This document shows, in pieces, positions 38,451 to 59,400 of a stretch of DNA of 64,000 bases (position 1 is its first letter; each line of letters begins with the position of its first letter). Below the pieces are notes generated by a model, which searched no databases, was not told the origin of the DNA, and was given only the letters and a program-made list of their open reading frames with translations. This DNA is from Tubulanus polymorphus (Eukaryota > Animalia > Nemertea), in NCBI RefSeq assembly GCF_964204645.1, contig NC_134030.1:6056778-6120777 (forward strand), read 5' to 3'. The position numbers were made by a program, and so were the translations under genes.

Positions 38451-39325
38451 GTAAGTAACTAACATTTTTAACGTATTAGACTCACATTTAGGTAACCGGG
38501 TATCTGTGGGCTTAAAATTGTAAGAATATAGCCGTTAAATTCGGAGGTGGTTACGTCCTACGCCATTGCGCGTGCGATGAGTCATGAGTCATCGCCATGG
38601 ACTGGACAACCTCGAGCTCAAATTATTTCGAGATCCACGCAGTTATTACGGATTTTCTTCTTTTAAATCATCAGGTGATCGATATTTTCCCTACAAGTAA
38701 CGTTTGTTCTAATTTGAGGGTCGGAATTCGGGAAATTCCGGCATTCGAAATTCATTCTTCACGAATCAGTCGAGCAATTGAATTATGATAATCTATTTTT
38801 GGGTACCCAATTGCGATGTTTAATCCGTCTGTAAGATCATGACTTAATAACTTATTTTTGTCCTCACAAGGAAGTTAACACAGGTCATTGTTGAAGTTTA
38901 AGTAAAATGTTGGTTCAGTGTAGGGAGGGTCCGATTTTATGTCACGTGTAACATTCAACACAAAGAAAGGGATGGGTGGATCATTTTATTGTCTAATTAT
39001 ACATCCTACCCAGATATTGGATCCTATTGGGAACACAGGGTTCCTACAGCTCCACAAATTTTGAGTGTTTTGTGGTAACAAGATCCCTCCCAATATTAGT
39101 CCTTGACCTTGGCCCTTCAAATTTTGATTATGTACTTGAGAAGGGTTATGTACTTTGAAAATATTTATTTCATAAATGATAATATTTATGAAAGATATCA
39201 ATTCTCATTCTTATCCTTTTAATCTTTCTTTTAGAAAGAATTATGAGCAGTTGCATGTTGGTATTTTGCAAAGTGTATGTATTAATTTCTCTTTGCCTTT
39301 TTATTTTGTAGATAAGAAAACAAAC

Positions 39326-42300
39326 ATGTCAAAGAACGCAGTCGGAATCGATTTGGGAACAACCTACTCCTGCGTTGGTGTATTCCAACACGGCAAAGTA
39401 GAAATCATCGCCAACGATCAGGGAAACAGAACCACGCCAAGCTATGTTGCATTTACAGACTCAGAACGTCTTATTGGTGACGCCGCTAAAAATCAGGTGG
39501 CCATGAACCCTTCGAACACTGTGTTTGGTGAGTTGCGTGTCCGTGAATGGTATTATAAGAATCAATTGTTCAGGATGGCCACGTGGATTTTGTAGAAAAG
39601 CCAAAAAGCAAGTGAAATTTGTTCGAGAACTTATCCGAATTTGTCCTTTTCCCAATAAGGTGACGAGTTCACCCCTTCAAGTAAGCCTAATCACAAATGC
39701 ACTAGTTTAGAAAATAATAACGTTACAAGTTTGTAGTAAATCCTTATATATAAACACACTCAAATACCCTTCAAATTTGAAAATTGTGGTCCAGTTAGGA
39801 ACCCCTCGATGCATAGGTAAGCCGTTATTTGTGAATACATTCTTATCGATATTTCATCCGTTTTTCAGATGCTAAACGTCTTATCGGACGAAAGTTCGAC
39901 GAGCCCGCCGTGCAAACTGACAAACAGACTTGGCCGTTCGAGGTCATTAACGAAGCCGGAAAACCAAAAATTGAAGTCATGTACAAGGGCGAAACGAAAA
40001 CGTTCAACCCCGAAGAGATCTCATCGATGGTATTGAATAAAATGAGGGAAACCGCTGAAGCCTACCTCGGAAAGAAAGTCACAGATGCCGTCGTCACAGT
40101 ACCCGCCTACTTCAACGATTCACAGCGACAAGCGACCAAAGATGCCGGAACAATTTCCGGTATGAACGTCCTTCGTATCATCAACGAGCCGACCGCTGCC
40201 GCCATTGCTTACGGTCTGGACAAAAAGGTACGTCCTTGAAATCGGTGGACACTTGTGAGGGTCTATTATTGTAGCTCACGAGATAAATTGACGATGATGA
40301 AGCATATTCCATATTCGCGGTTTCCACCAGAAAACTGAGAAATCGGTTTGAAGATGGTCAACATTACGCCTTCCTTGGATGTCTGAGTCAATTAAAAATT
40401 CTACGCAATAGACAAATGTTGTGGATGCCACAAGGAACCTCATGATAATGAGTTTCTTAGATGTCTTATGATTCATTTAGGAAGTTTTTTGTCAAAGTAT
40501 TCGGAGCATTGTGATTCCCTGATTTGTAAGATCATCGATAAGTAATCTAATTGAAATTTTGTAGGTTGGAGCTGAACGAAATGTGTTGATCTTCGATCTC
40601 GGAGGTGGTACATTCGATGTGTCGATCTTGACGATCGAAGACGGTATTTTCGAAGTGAAATCCACGGCCGGTGACACTCATTTGGGAGGCGAAGATTTCG
40701 ACAATCGTCTGGTGAAATTCTTCATCGCCGAGTTCAAGCGTAAATTCAAGAAGGACATCTCGGCGAACAAACGAGCGATCCGACGTCTGAGAACGGCCTG
40801 TGAACGAGCCAAGCGTACGCTGTCCAGCAGCTCGCAAGCAAACATCGAAATCGATTCGCTGTTCGAGGGTCACGATTTCTACACGAGCGTCACCCGCGCG
40901 CGTTTCGAGGAGTTGTGCGGCGACTTGTTCCGCGGCACATTGGAACCCGTTCAGAAGGCGTTGACCGACACGAAATACGACAAGTCGCAGATCCACGACA
41001 TCGTCATGGTCGGCGGTTCCACTCGTATCCCCAAGATCCGAAATCTTCTGAAGGATTTCTTCGGCGGTAAAGAATTGAACATGAGCATCAACCCCGATGA
41101 GGCTGTTGCGTACGGTGCCGGTACGTGTTTATTACTAATTCATGTATCAGATTCATTTTCAGGTCGTTAAGTTATGATGAAGCATATTCCATATTCGCGG
41201 TTTCCACCAGAAAACTGAGAAATCAGTTTGAAGATGGTCAACATTACGCCTTCCTTGGATGTCTGAACATTCTGCGATATGACATCTTTCAGTCTCTGGT
41301 GTGCTGTATACAACAAATCTGCATAATCATTGTTTCTCTATTTTTCAGCCGTACAGGCCGCTATTCTCTCCGGAGATAAATCCGAAGAGGTGCAAGATCT
41401 GTTACTCTTGGACGTAACGCCGCTGTCTTTGGGTATTGAGACCGCCGGTGGTGTGATGACTGCCTTGATCAAGCGTAATACGACCATTCCGACTAAAGCT
41501 ACGAATGTTTTCACTACGTACAGTGACAATCAACCTGGTGTACTCATCCAGGTCAGTTTGATTTTCAGTTCTTATAAGCGATTGTGATTTCGCGATGATG
41601 AAGCATATTCCATATTCGCGGTTTCCACCAGAAAACTGAGAAATCGGTTTGAAGATGGTCAACATTACGCCTTCCTTGGATGTCTGAGCTAAACAACCTC
41701 TATCGACTGGAAATCTGAATAATGTAAAAACCTTTAAAAAATTTATTTATTTTGATTGGCCTTTTCAGATTAATGAAGGTGAACGTGCTCTAACAAAGGA
41801 TAACAACCTGTTGGGAAAATTCGAATTATCGGGAATCCCACCGGCACCGCGAGGTGTTCCCCAGATCGAGGTCACATTCGATATCGATGCTAACGGTATT
41901 TTGAATGTGTCCGCCATCGAGAAGAGTACCGGTAAAGAGAACAAGATCACGATCACCAACGACAAAGGTAAAAACATTTCAAAAGGATTTATGATGATTA
42001 GTCGAGTTGTTGAACTGGTTTCCAATTTACATATGATCAATGATGATATAAGTTATCCCTGTCAGACAAAGTCAATGGTGACAACTTCTGTTCTGAGACA
42101 TAAGTCTATTAACTGCAGATAATAATTAATAAGTTAATTAACTGCAGAAGATTCTACCTTAATTCGCCCTTCATGATACAGTGGAACCTGTTAAGTTTAA
42201 GTACCCATAAATCAGCAATACCTCGTTATAGTCGGTATCGATTAACTGATATTTTAGGATAAAATTATTTTTAATTAAGGACGAATGGTTATTGTAACGG

Positions 42301-43208
42301 GTTCCACTGCATGGGTCACTATAAACTTAACTTGAAGAAGCTTAATATGTGCTTTCAATGATGATACAAGTTATCCCTGTCAGACAAAAATGTCTGTGGT
42401 GACAACTTTTTAAGCTGACGCACGATTATTTTACTACCTAACTTACCTGTTGCCTCGTAAGTGAGCTGGATGTTTATGCTTATGATTATATATCTATAAT
42501 AGGTCGCCTGTCAAAGGAAGAAATTGAACGCATGGTGCAGGAAGCCGAAAAATACAAGAACGACGACGCCAGTCAGCGTGAACGAATCCAGTCGAAAAAC
42601 AATCTGGAGAGCTACGCATATTCGATGAAACAATCCGTAGAGGACGAGAAAGTGAAGGATAAGATCAGCGAAGAGGACAGAAAGAAGGTGTTGGATAAAT
42701 GCAAGGAAACAATCGAATGGTTGGATCATAACCAGGTTAGTAATGGGTGAAATATAATTCTGGGATGGTCAATAATTTGTTAAAGATCTGGGGTTAAACT
42801 GGTTGGGTGCGTGGTTTCAATGATGAAGCATTTTCCATATTCGCGGTTTCCACCAGAAAACTGAGAAATCGGTTTGAAGATGGTCAACACTACGCCTTCC
42901 TTGGATGTCTGAGCTAACCACGATAATCTAAAATCTTTTTCCTGTGTTCATATGGTTGTTTAGATTTGTAAATGGATGTTTGTATTTATCATTCGTAGAC
43001 TGCTGAAAAGGAAGAGTTTGATCACCAACAGAAAGAACTCGAAGGCATCTGCTTGCCAGTGATGACCAAGCTGTACCAACAGGGTGGTGGCGCGCCAGGT
43101 GCTGGAGGAATGCCCGGCGGTATGCCAGGTGCCGGAGGAATGCCCGGAGCTGGAGGTGCCCCACCATCGGGTAACGCTGGTGGACCAACTATCGAAGAGG
43201 TCGATTAA
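39326..43208 (+). CDS. HSPA8: Cytosolic heat shock cognate 70 kDa protein (653 aa)
   Basis: Exons 39326-39527, 39869-40227, 40565-41120, 41349-41551, 41769-41967, 42503-42735, 42999-43208. Signatures [22 protein letters not shown] and [13 protein letters not shown]; GGMP repeats; ends GPTIEEVD*. Intron positions and intronic U14 match the HSPA8 type. Confidence 0.96.
40286..40393 (+). ncRNA. SNORD14: U14 box C/D snoRNA, copy 1 (intronic)
   Basis: Box C ATGATGA 40294, domain A ATTCGCGGTTTC, domain B CCTTCCTTGGATGT plus box D CTGA 40383; terminal stem AATTGAC/GTCAATT. Confidence 0.95.
41171..41269 (+). ncRNA. SNORD14: U14 box C/D snoRNA, copy 2 (intronic)
   Basis: Box C 41174, box D 41263; one substitution relative to copy 1; stem GTT/AAC. 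Confidence 0.95.
41592..41689 (+). ncRNA. SNORD14: U14 box C/D snoRNA, copy 3 (intronic)
   Basis: Box C 41595, box D 41684; core identical to copy 1. Confidence 0.95.
42032..42102 (+). ncRNA. SNORD1: snR38/SNORD1-like box C/D snoRNA, copy A
   Basis: Box C ATGATGA 42040; guide AGTTATCCCTGT (complement of LSU rRNA ACAGGGAUAACU) before D' CAGA; box D CTGA 42093. Confidence 0.88.
42179..42309. mobile_element. Tc1/mariner/pogo-type MITE
   Basis: TIR CAGTGGAACCTGTTA / TAACGGGTTCCACTG, TA on the left (CA on the right). A similar degenerate element lies at ~30250-30426. Confidence 0.65.
42349..42423 (+). ncRNA. SNORD1: snR38/SNORD1-like box C/D snoRNA, copy B
   Basis: Box C 42358, same guide and D' CAGA, box D CTGA 42415; stem GTGC/GCAC. 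Confidence 0.88.
42811..42921 (+). ncRNA. SNORD14: U14 box C/D snoRNA, copy 4 (intronic)
   Basis: Box C 42820, box D 42909; stem GTGGTT/AACCAC; two substitutions relative to copy 1. Confidence 0.95.
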
Positions 43209-44235
43209 TCCATTCATTCCATCGAGAAACGTAACGCGGATGCGCAGCAGTGATAGCAGGAATAGATCGGAATATACTCGTGTAACAAATCAGTAACAAC
43301 AGTACTCGCGTGTTTCTATTGTGAATTGTTTTGAAAACTGGCTTGTTAAATATGAATATGAAGCAATATGAGTATAAAGTAATTCTTAGGTTTACACATT
43401 TCAATCGGATTTTGGTTCATAGTAGAACTGAATCGACAAAATAATGCATTTGTTAATTTTCTTGCTTGTTTTTTCATTAATAATTCAGTGAACATGTACA
43501 TTGTATTTACTTTCTATTTTTGTGGTCATTGAATTGTTGGATTTATTTACTCTTCAATAATCGCTGTTGCAAATTCTTTAAGAGCTTAGAAACAAAAAAA
43601 GAAAACCTTGATGAATAAAGTAACAACTGAGAGCTAAATATCCGAGTAGCCTTCTGATTTTTTTTTTGGTTCAATGATGGAAAACGTTGAAGAGGAGGTG
43701 TTCCATTCGTATATCATCCATGTCACTAATTTAGAAACCGAAGTGAAGTTAATTAAATGGGATAGATATAATGGATTAGATATTGACTTGAACTAATTTG
43801 CATTACAACTTGAACCACATCGCAATCGGGTCCTGGAACGAGGATACAGATTACCCACAGTATGAACAATTCGTTCCACAAAAGTAACATGCAATTAATA
43901 ACGATATAGACACATGATAGCTTCATATACACAGTTATCATATTGCTCTAAATACTTCAGAAGATTTCTTAATGAAGATTGCAACACGCCCTTTTACACA
44001 AAGCGCCTTCAATTATTCATTAGTGACGTAGAAGCCGTTGTGAACTGAATTGCGTAATACATGTTCTGTCTAAAAATCAGTTGTCATATTGATTTTTACA
44101 GTTAAGAAAATAACAAAGAATCCGAACTAATAGTAATAATAATAATAATGCCGTATAAAGTATAAGTTAAGAGAGGAGGAATGCTCCAATATAAAGAAGG
44201 AAATTGAATTGAATTGGGTGTGGAGCTCTATCCAT

Positions 44236-44257
44236 CACTTCCGGCGCGCGAATTTGA
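44236..44257 (+). promoter_or_regulatory. ETS + E2F-like element at the MCM6 promoter
   Basis: CACTTCCGG overlapping GGCGCGCGAATTTGA, ~50 bp upstream of the ATG; MCM genes are classical E2F targets. Confidence 0.6.
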
Positions 44258-44303
44258 CCCTATTTTTCACGTAAGAATTGATTTAGCCCAAATATTTATC
44301 AAT

Positions 44304-52605
<8,302 letters not shown>

Positions 52606-53448
52606 AAGCGTTCGCAAGCCCCACGCGGTAAATTACTACTCCCACTTGTACTACTGGTTAGATGCATTTATGTTTAGTACTTAATTTGTAAATATAATCT
52701 GTACATCTGTATTTCAAATAAATGATTCTTACATTTACTATTATAATATAATGTTTGAGTTAAGTTTAATTCACGGAGAGGATCATCGGAAATCTTCCAA
52801 GTGACAATTCAGTGGTGTTCGATGACTTTATCAAATCTTCCTTTGGTATACGAGTTATATCAATGGTTTGCAGTCCACAGTAACTACTCCACTGTATCAG
52901 TTGTACCAGTATTACTCGCACAATATGGAATTCTTAACAGTCAAGTGCCTCCTATAAGTAATGTTGGTGAATTACCCACACTATTTATTACACGTACTCA
53001 CATGCCACAGTTAGAATACTAACTTGGAGTCAAGTTAAACATTTACCATAAATCATTTTTAGAGGCAACAATTAACGGTTAACATCTGACACCACTCAGG
53101 CAGCAGGCCAGGCACACCCACCGTATAAATTTCGCAAAAAACCAATACTGTGATCAATATCTTTGTAGAGCTGTGAATAAGTTCTAGATTAATAGAATAA
53201 TCGACAGAAACATATTTCTTGTAATGATAAATCTTTATTTGTTTCTATCAAATTCATAAAATATGACAATATTATTACAACTTGGGTGGGGACAGGATTT
53301 ACAAAATAAAACAGAATAGTGGGTATTATATACATACATTTAGAGAATTATAATTGATATGGAATTAATTAATTCATGAATATAAAACAATTGAATCATC
53401 CTCATTGATTGTTTTATTAAAACTCTATAACATATACATATATATTAG

Positions 53449-56400
53449 TTACGTGCTGGAATAAGTTGCCCGGAATCCGCGACCAGATCCGATTTTATTT
53501 GTTACATACTTCACCCATAAAACATTAAACTTTGCTTCTGATTTTTCCTGAAATGATAATAATATGAAATTCAATGCGTAATACATTTGTTAAGAAGATA
53601 TCAGCCATGTACGTCATCATTAAAAGAAGAAATTTACCTGTCCACAGAGTTTGTTAATCAATGGACCTGTAGAAGACAATCTTCTTATTTCTACGTAATT
53701 ATCACCGCAATCGCCGATAGTTCCTGGTAAATCGAAATCGCTGAATTTCAACAGAACATTATGTCTCGGTTGCGCAACGATAGTCCATTCACATGAAGAT
53801 GGTGTGTCCATTGTCGCGTTCTCGTGGTAACTTCTCGGGTAACTGGGACTCGTGAAACTTCCATTCTTTGAAGTGAACTTTCCTCCACAACCTTTGGTTC
53901 CAAATATAAAACAAATCCAAGTTCAGAGAAGAGTTGGACAGGTTTTCAATTTACAAATAACCATAAACTAACTAGAAATGTACATCAACTATGACTTATT
54001 TCCCCAATATACAATTTCATTTCTTCAAACTTTATGTGAAATTTAGTTTCTTCATCTCTTCTACTTTTCTGCTTAGACTCAAAGGATCGCAGACAAGGAG
54101 TTAGAAATAGATTTTCTAGTGAGTCCGTCACTTACCGGTAAGAGACGCTATGTACGAAAAGTCAAATCCGGCGTGAGATATCGAATTATCAGTTTCAAAT
54201 CTCAATTTCAACTCATTCGATTGAGTAAACACCGGCTCTGGTAACACTAATCCACAAAGTCTTTGTAGTTCGGTCGAATTACCTGTCTCCTCATCATCAA
54301 CTGATACCTAAACAGTAAATGATACAGACCATATGACTTTTACTGCAATCTGGCGATGAAAAATCAGTATATGTATATACAGGGGTAGATTTAGGGCGTG
54401 GTCTTGGTGTCAGGACCCCTGCCTTCCCATTGAGGGTGCCTTTTTTTCAAGACTTAAGATTGCCAAACCCCGCAAAGTTGAAACTCCAAAATTGTTTATT
54501 TTCAGATGGATTTCTTCAAAAATATCTAAAACCGAACGAGAGAACCCTTCATAGTCCATTTGACACAGCTGCTTTATCCGAGGGAAATACCTCTCCTTTT
54601 TTTCTGGATCCGCGATTTTCTCTAGATCCACCTATGATATGGCAGAATCCATGAGAGATTCATAAAGACTTTATCCGATTGTATCTAATTAAAAGGGGCC
54701 GCATGCTAGAACTAAAGGGTAACTCTCATGAGAATGTAGAATAATGATCGATATAAATGCTGATGATAGTTTTGGATAACTCACCGATAGAAAGTCGTAG
54801 TTACATTTGTTATGTGGTTCGATCATAAAAGTGTTAAAGAACAAATTGATTTTGTAACCGGCCGGGGCTTGAATTGTCATCTCGCAGACGACATTTTTAG
54901 GATAAACAGACGGCCATCCAGGGCTAAACACGAGTCCATTAGTACCGGTGTAGGTTCTGTTACAAGCTGTAAATAAACGTCAAAATGTAGAAAGCATATT
55001 CATATCGGCAGAAATGGACAATGATTAGGATTCACACTTACTGGCGATTTCATAGGTGAGTTTGAAACCACGACCACGAGAATTTGCATCCGACACAAAG
55101 TTGACCTGCAGCGTGCGTGACGTCGAGAAGTAATCCTCTTGTGAGGTATTATTACCGCAATAGTAAAGAGCGTGGTGTTCGCTTATCTAGAAATACCAGT
55201 AATAAATATATACAAACATGAAAAAAACATACAATCAGCTACATATAACATATATAATTTGCAATAACGACTGATATCAAGTTATAAAGGCCTACGTTAC
55301 ACTCAGGATTCCTTTTACCCTGAAGTTGATAACATATTTTCTATAAATATGTATCTATTGTGATAATGCCCCATCCCTACTACGACTGTTCATGTACCTC
55401 CAAGAGAATTTATTGGTTCTTTATTGAGTCTACAGTCCCTTTTAATATATCTATTAGTCCTGCAAGATCTGAGGTAAGCACATTACAGTGTATTGCATTT
55501 TTAAAGGTGTCAATGACCTTTTAAGTTAGTTTTCTTGTATATTCCTATAGGATTAGCTGGTCGTTAAAACTGGTTAGTCAGTCATTTATACAAACTAATC
55601 AGACTAGTCACTCACCAGAGGATAGGGTCGAAGTTCTAAATAATCATAGGCACATCCGGTAGTTTTTTCGATGTCTAAGTCTTCTATATGAATTCGTAGA
55701 TTGTGATCTTCAGGGGCATCGATGGTCCACCGGCAGCGCATATTGTGTGGGTATGATTTCGGATATTTAGGCGATGTCAGAGCAGTCGGTTCATCTTCCG
55801 CATATAACACAGTGCTCGAACCACAGACACCTACAATTAACAGTACATTATGAGAAATCAGAGAAAATGTCCAACAGGGTGGTCACTTTCCACAAATTAA
55901 CAAATTCACTTTTTATAAATCATGTATTGATGAAGCAATGCGCGGTCAATTACATATCTAAATTCTCTGAGCTATCCAGGTTTTTTGCTAAATTTGTCAA
56001 ATTCCCTGATTTATTCTACTTTTCTGATTCCCTAAGTTTCCCAGGTCATTGGCCACCCTGTCCTAATGATTAGCTCCAAATGAGAGAATTTTCTAAGTTC
56101 GATATGTATACGGGATATACCAATGACAGATCAATGACACTTACTGTCTATTTCAGTAAATGTAGCATTGAATCCTCGTTTATTCGAACTCCCGTCGGTT
56201 TTAAACTGAACCCACAGATGATTCGATGATGATTTTATCGGTAAAACACGTTCGTACCCGCAGAATTTACCAATTACGGCGCTCGTTTCGAAAAATCCGT
56301 CACGAACCTGTCAAGAACGAGCAAAACATGTAACTGGTGAATACACGTCAAGAGAATCAGTAAGATCACAATATCCGTGATGAAACAATAAATGTACTGT

Positions 56401-59400
56401 AGAATCCCACAATTGTTGAATGACTAAAAAGTTTATTCAAAATACCAGAAATATTGATGGTGGTTGCTACCACCCTTCTTCAGTCTAATGAGATGTTTTA
56501 GACCAAAGAAGGGTGGTAGCAACTGCCAGATTGGTATCCTCGTTATGGCATCGAGACTAGTTTAAAACCCATGCCATGGTAGACTGAGACGCAACATAGA
56601 AATACTTACGAGCACATAATCCCACGTACAGGCGAATTTCGATCGCTCGAGTTCCCAATCGGTGAAATTCAACAGCACCACCTTACCGGGCGTAGTTTGA
56701 ATTCTCCACGTGCAGACGAGATACGGTTCGTATAAACCATCCCCATCTGAGTCGATTGATTGGAACGATCCGGACGTGCTGTTCAATAACCCGCCACAAC
56801 CTTGATGGATGCCTAAATTTATTTGAACCAAAGACGTCGTTTATCGGTCACTTCTGCTACAACAAATTTTATTTGCCCTGCGTGTGACACTTACCGTATG
56901 TGGTTGTATATCTAGCGAGAAAACCTTCGCCGACTATGCTATTGTCAGACGCGAATTTGACCAACATGCTGCGTCCGGTAGTCTGTATCGGTGTCGGTAT
57001 TTCCTTGCCGCAGTATTTTCCCAGTAACGGAGCGTCGGTCGAATTGCCGTCGAAGACAACCATGTAATCGAACCTACAGCTCGAGTGAGTTTCCAAACCG
57101 AATTTCTTAAACCTGTTCGAGATATACGAATGCGATACAAATATCACTCACAGTCTACGAGTTCTTGATACGCACTTATTCGTGGGGAATACAATGAAAG
57201 TAAAATCCATCAATTCAGGCGTGGATCCAGGATTCTTTCCGGGAGGGGGTTCATAAAGAAAGTTAATGTTAAACTGCAGACTAGAAATCTCTGATAGGGG
57301 GCCTTTACGGCATATTGTTTGTCCAAACATAAGATGATATAGTACCGATTATCTTGGAGTACATTCCTTCAAGAAAATGATTAAAAGAGTTTTGGTAGCT
57401 CAGCAGGGGGTCACGACCCCTGAAACCCCTCTGTGGATCCGCACCTGCAATTAACCCTTTCAGTGCTGACTTATCAATACCCAAAAGAGCTGGAGATAAT
57501 TTGACAATTTTTGAAAATTCCACCCCAGTGTGTTGAATAATGGGCATACTGCTTTAGTGCGTCTAGACGATGGTGCGGTGTATTGTTAGTTACTAATATT
57601 TCACTACAACCATCATCAGGTGGAATGATGGCCGATCGGAAGATAAATCTGTAGTTTTGTTTCAGGGAAATGAACAACTTACGATAATTTAACAACTCTG
57701 TCCTCGGCAACAGTTATCGACCAGGTACAGTTAGCGTTGTTGTGATATACTGTTGGATGTTGCGGAGTTCGAATTATTCCTGAAGGTTCCGTAAAAACAC
57801 CTCCGCATTCTACAACGAAATCGAGAATCTTTCTAACAACCATAATGTTTCTGTAGTCATGAACAGAACAGGATCACTACAGAAGTTTGAATAAGAACAG
57901 TGTCTAGATTGGATCACACAGTCAACTGGTCACTTACCGGATGTGATAAACTTTGCCTTGAATCCGGCAGCTGTTAAATGAGGATCTGATTTGAAACGTA
58001 CAGACATCACGCCTAGTGAACTTACTGGTTGTGGAGCTGTTTTACCGCAGAACTGACCGAGCAGACGCCCAGTTCCAGTCTGATTCGAAGCGTAAACTGA
58101 TACCGAATCATAAATACAGCCTATGAATATATATATATAACACATCTTAGTTATAACACCAACTGAAGGAGCAAATATGTTAAGCGCTGTAAGCAGCCTG
58201 GCTTGATTTGGCCCTATCGAAAGATCTAAGGCATGATAGCTAAAAATGTGTCTTGTGACTAGCGCCATAAATTCCTGAACTCTGATAGACTTAAGTAGAC
58301 CTTACCTGATTTTCGATCACTTGTGTTGGTCGCTAATGGTATTTCTATTGAAAAAGGTTCCTCTTCAAATCCCAGCAGAATGAATCTCTCCGGATCAGAG
58401 ATAATTGTATAATTACAATCTAAATTGTCAGCATAGTTATCCGGATACCCGGGCGATGTTATTATACCGGTTTCCGTTGTGAAAGTGGCGCCACATCCTA
58501 GAATCAGCAAACAGATATTGTATCATCAATCTTAGAAAAATCTGTCGTTGGATCACTGTGAAACATAACTTTGTATAATATATCACTATGAATGGTTATT
58601 GGTATGGATTGTAATAGCTTATGTACAGGATCAAACTTCACCAAAAATTAACTTAAGCCACCCCATTGTTGGCGGTCACTGCAATGATTTTTAACAACCA
58701 TGTCATCAATCCTAAATGTTTGTAATCAATCCTAAACGGTTTTCATAGGGCAAAAATATATCTTCAAAATAAAATATTTTTATTACCGACTGTCCAGTTT
58801 GCCACAAAACCTCGCCCTATGGTGCTATCATCCGATCTGAATTTAACCCGAAGACGATTAGACGTTGACTGCATCGGTAATGGTGCTTCACTACCACAAA
58901 AATGACCTAACGTTGTCCACACCTCTCCTTCTTTCATCTTTTTATAATCAATAACCTGAAATGTATGTTTTGTTGATCGTAATAGAAATGAGCGAAGCCT
59001 AAGGTCAGTTGCAACTTAAGACCATTCTCAAGTTCCTCTAATCAGCTTAACAACTCAAAACGGTTTAAAGATTCAATGAAGTCCTGAGCTGAAACCTTCC
59101 GACGCCAGAGAAGCGGTAAAATGAATACTCACCTCGACATAATCATTTTCGCATCGATCATGAGCTTGCATATCTAACGGTGGTAAAAACGATAGAGTAA
59201 TATGGTATCCTGGCTGAACATTGATATCCCATAAACATTCCGTATTGTGCGGATAATAGTTAGGGTGTCCAGGACTGGTAAAGCGACCAGTTTGTCCGTG
59301 ATATAATCCACCACAGCCTCCGCTGATGAACGAATATCTTAACGAAAATCCTCGCCTCACTAAACTACCGTCTGTGTGAAATTCTAGTCGTAATTCATTA

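Noticed and set aside
38905-39056. Possible H/ACA snoRNA hairpins in HSC70 intron 1 (also ~39690-39842 in intron 2)
   Set aside because: Could not build two convincing hairpins with a properly placed H box by eye; needs snoReport/Infernal.
40547-40996. 149-aa antisense ORF over HSP70 exon 4, and similar shadow ORFs over the SOCS-box, Ig and cubilin exons
   Set aside because: Well-known antisense open frame caused by codon bias of the sense gene.
43608-43657. TTGATGA...CTGA...CTGA C/D-box-like motif downstream of HSC70
   Set aside because: Only 50 nt, not intronic, and no recognisable rRNA complementarity.
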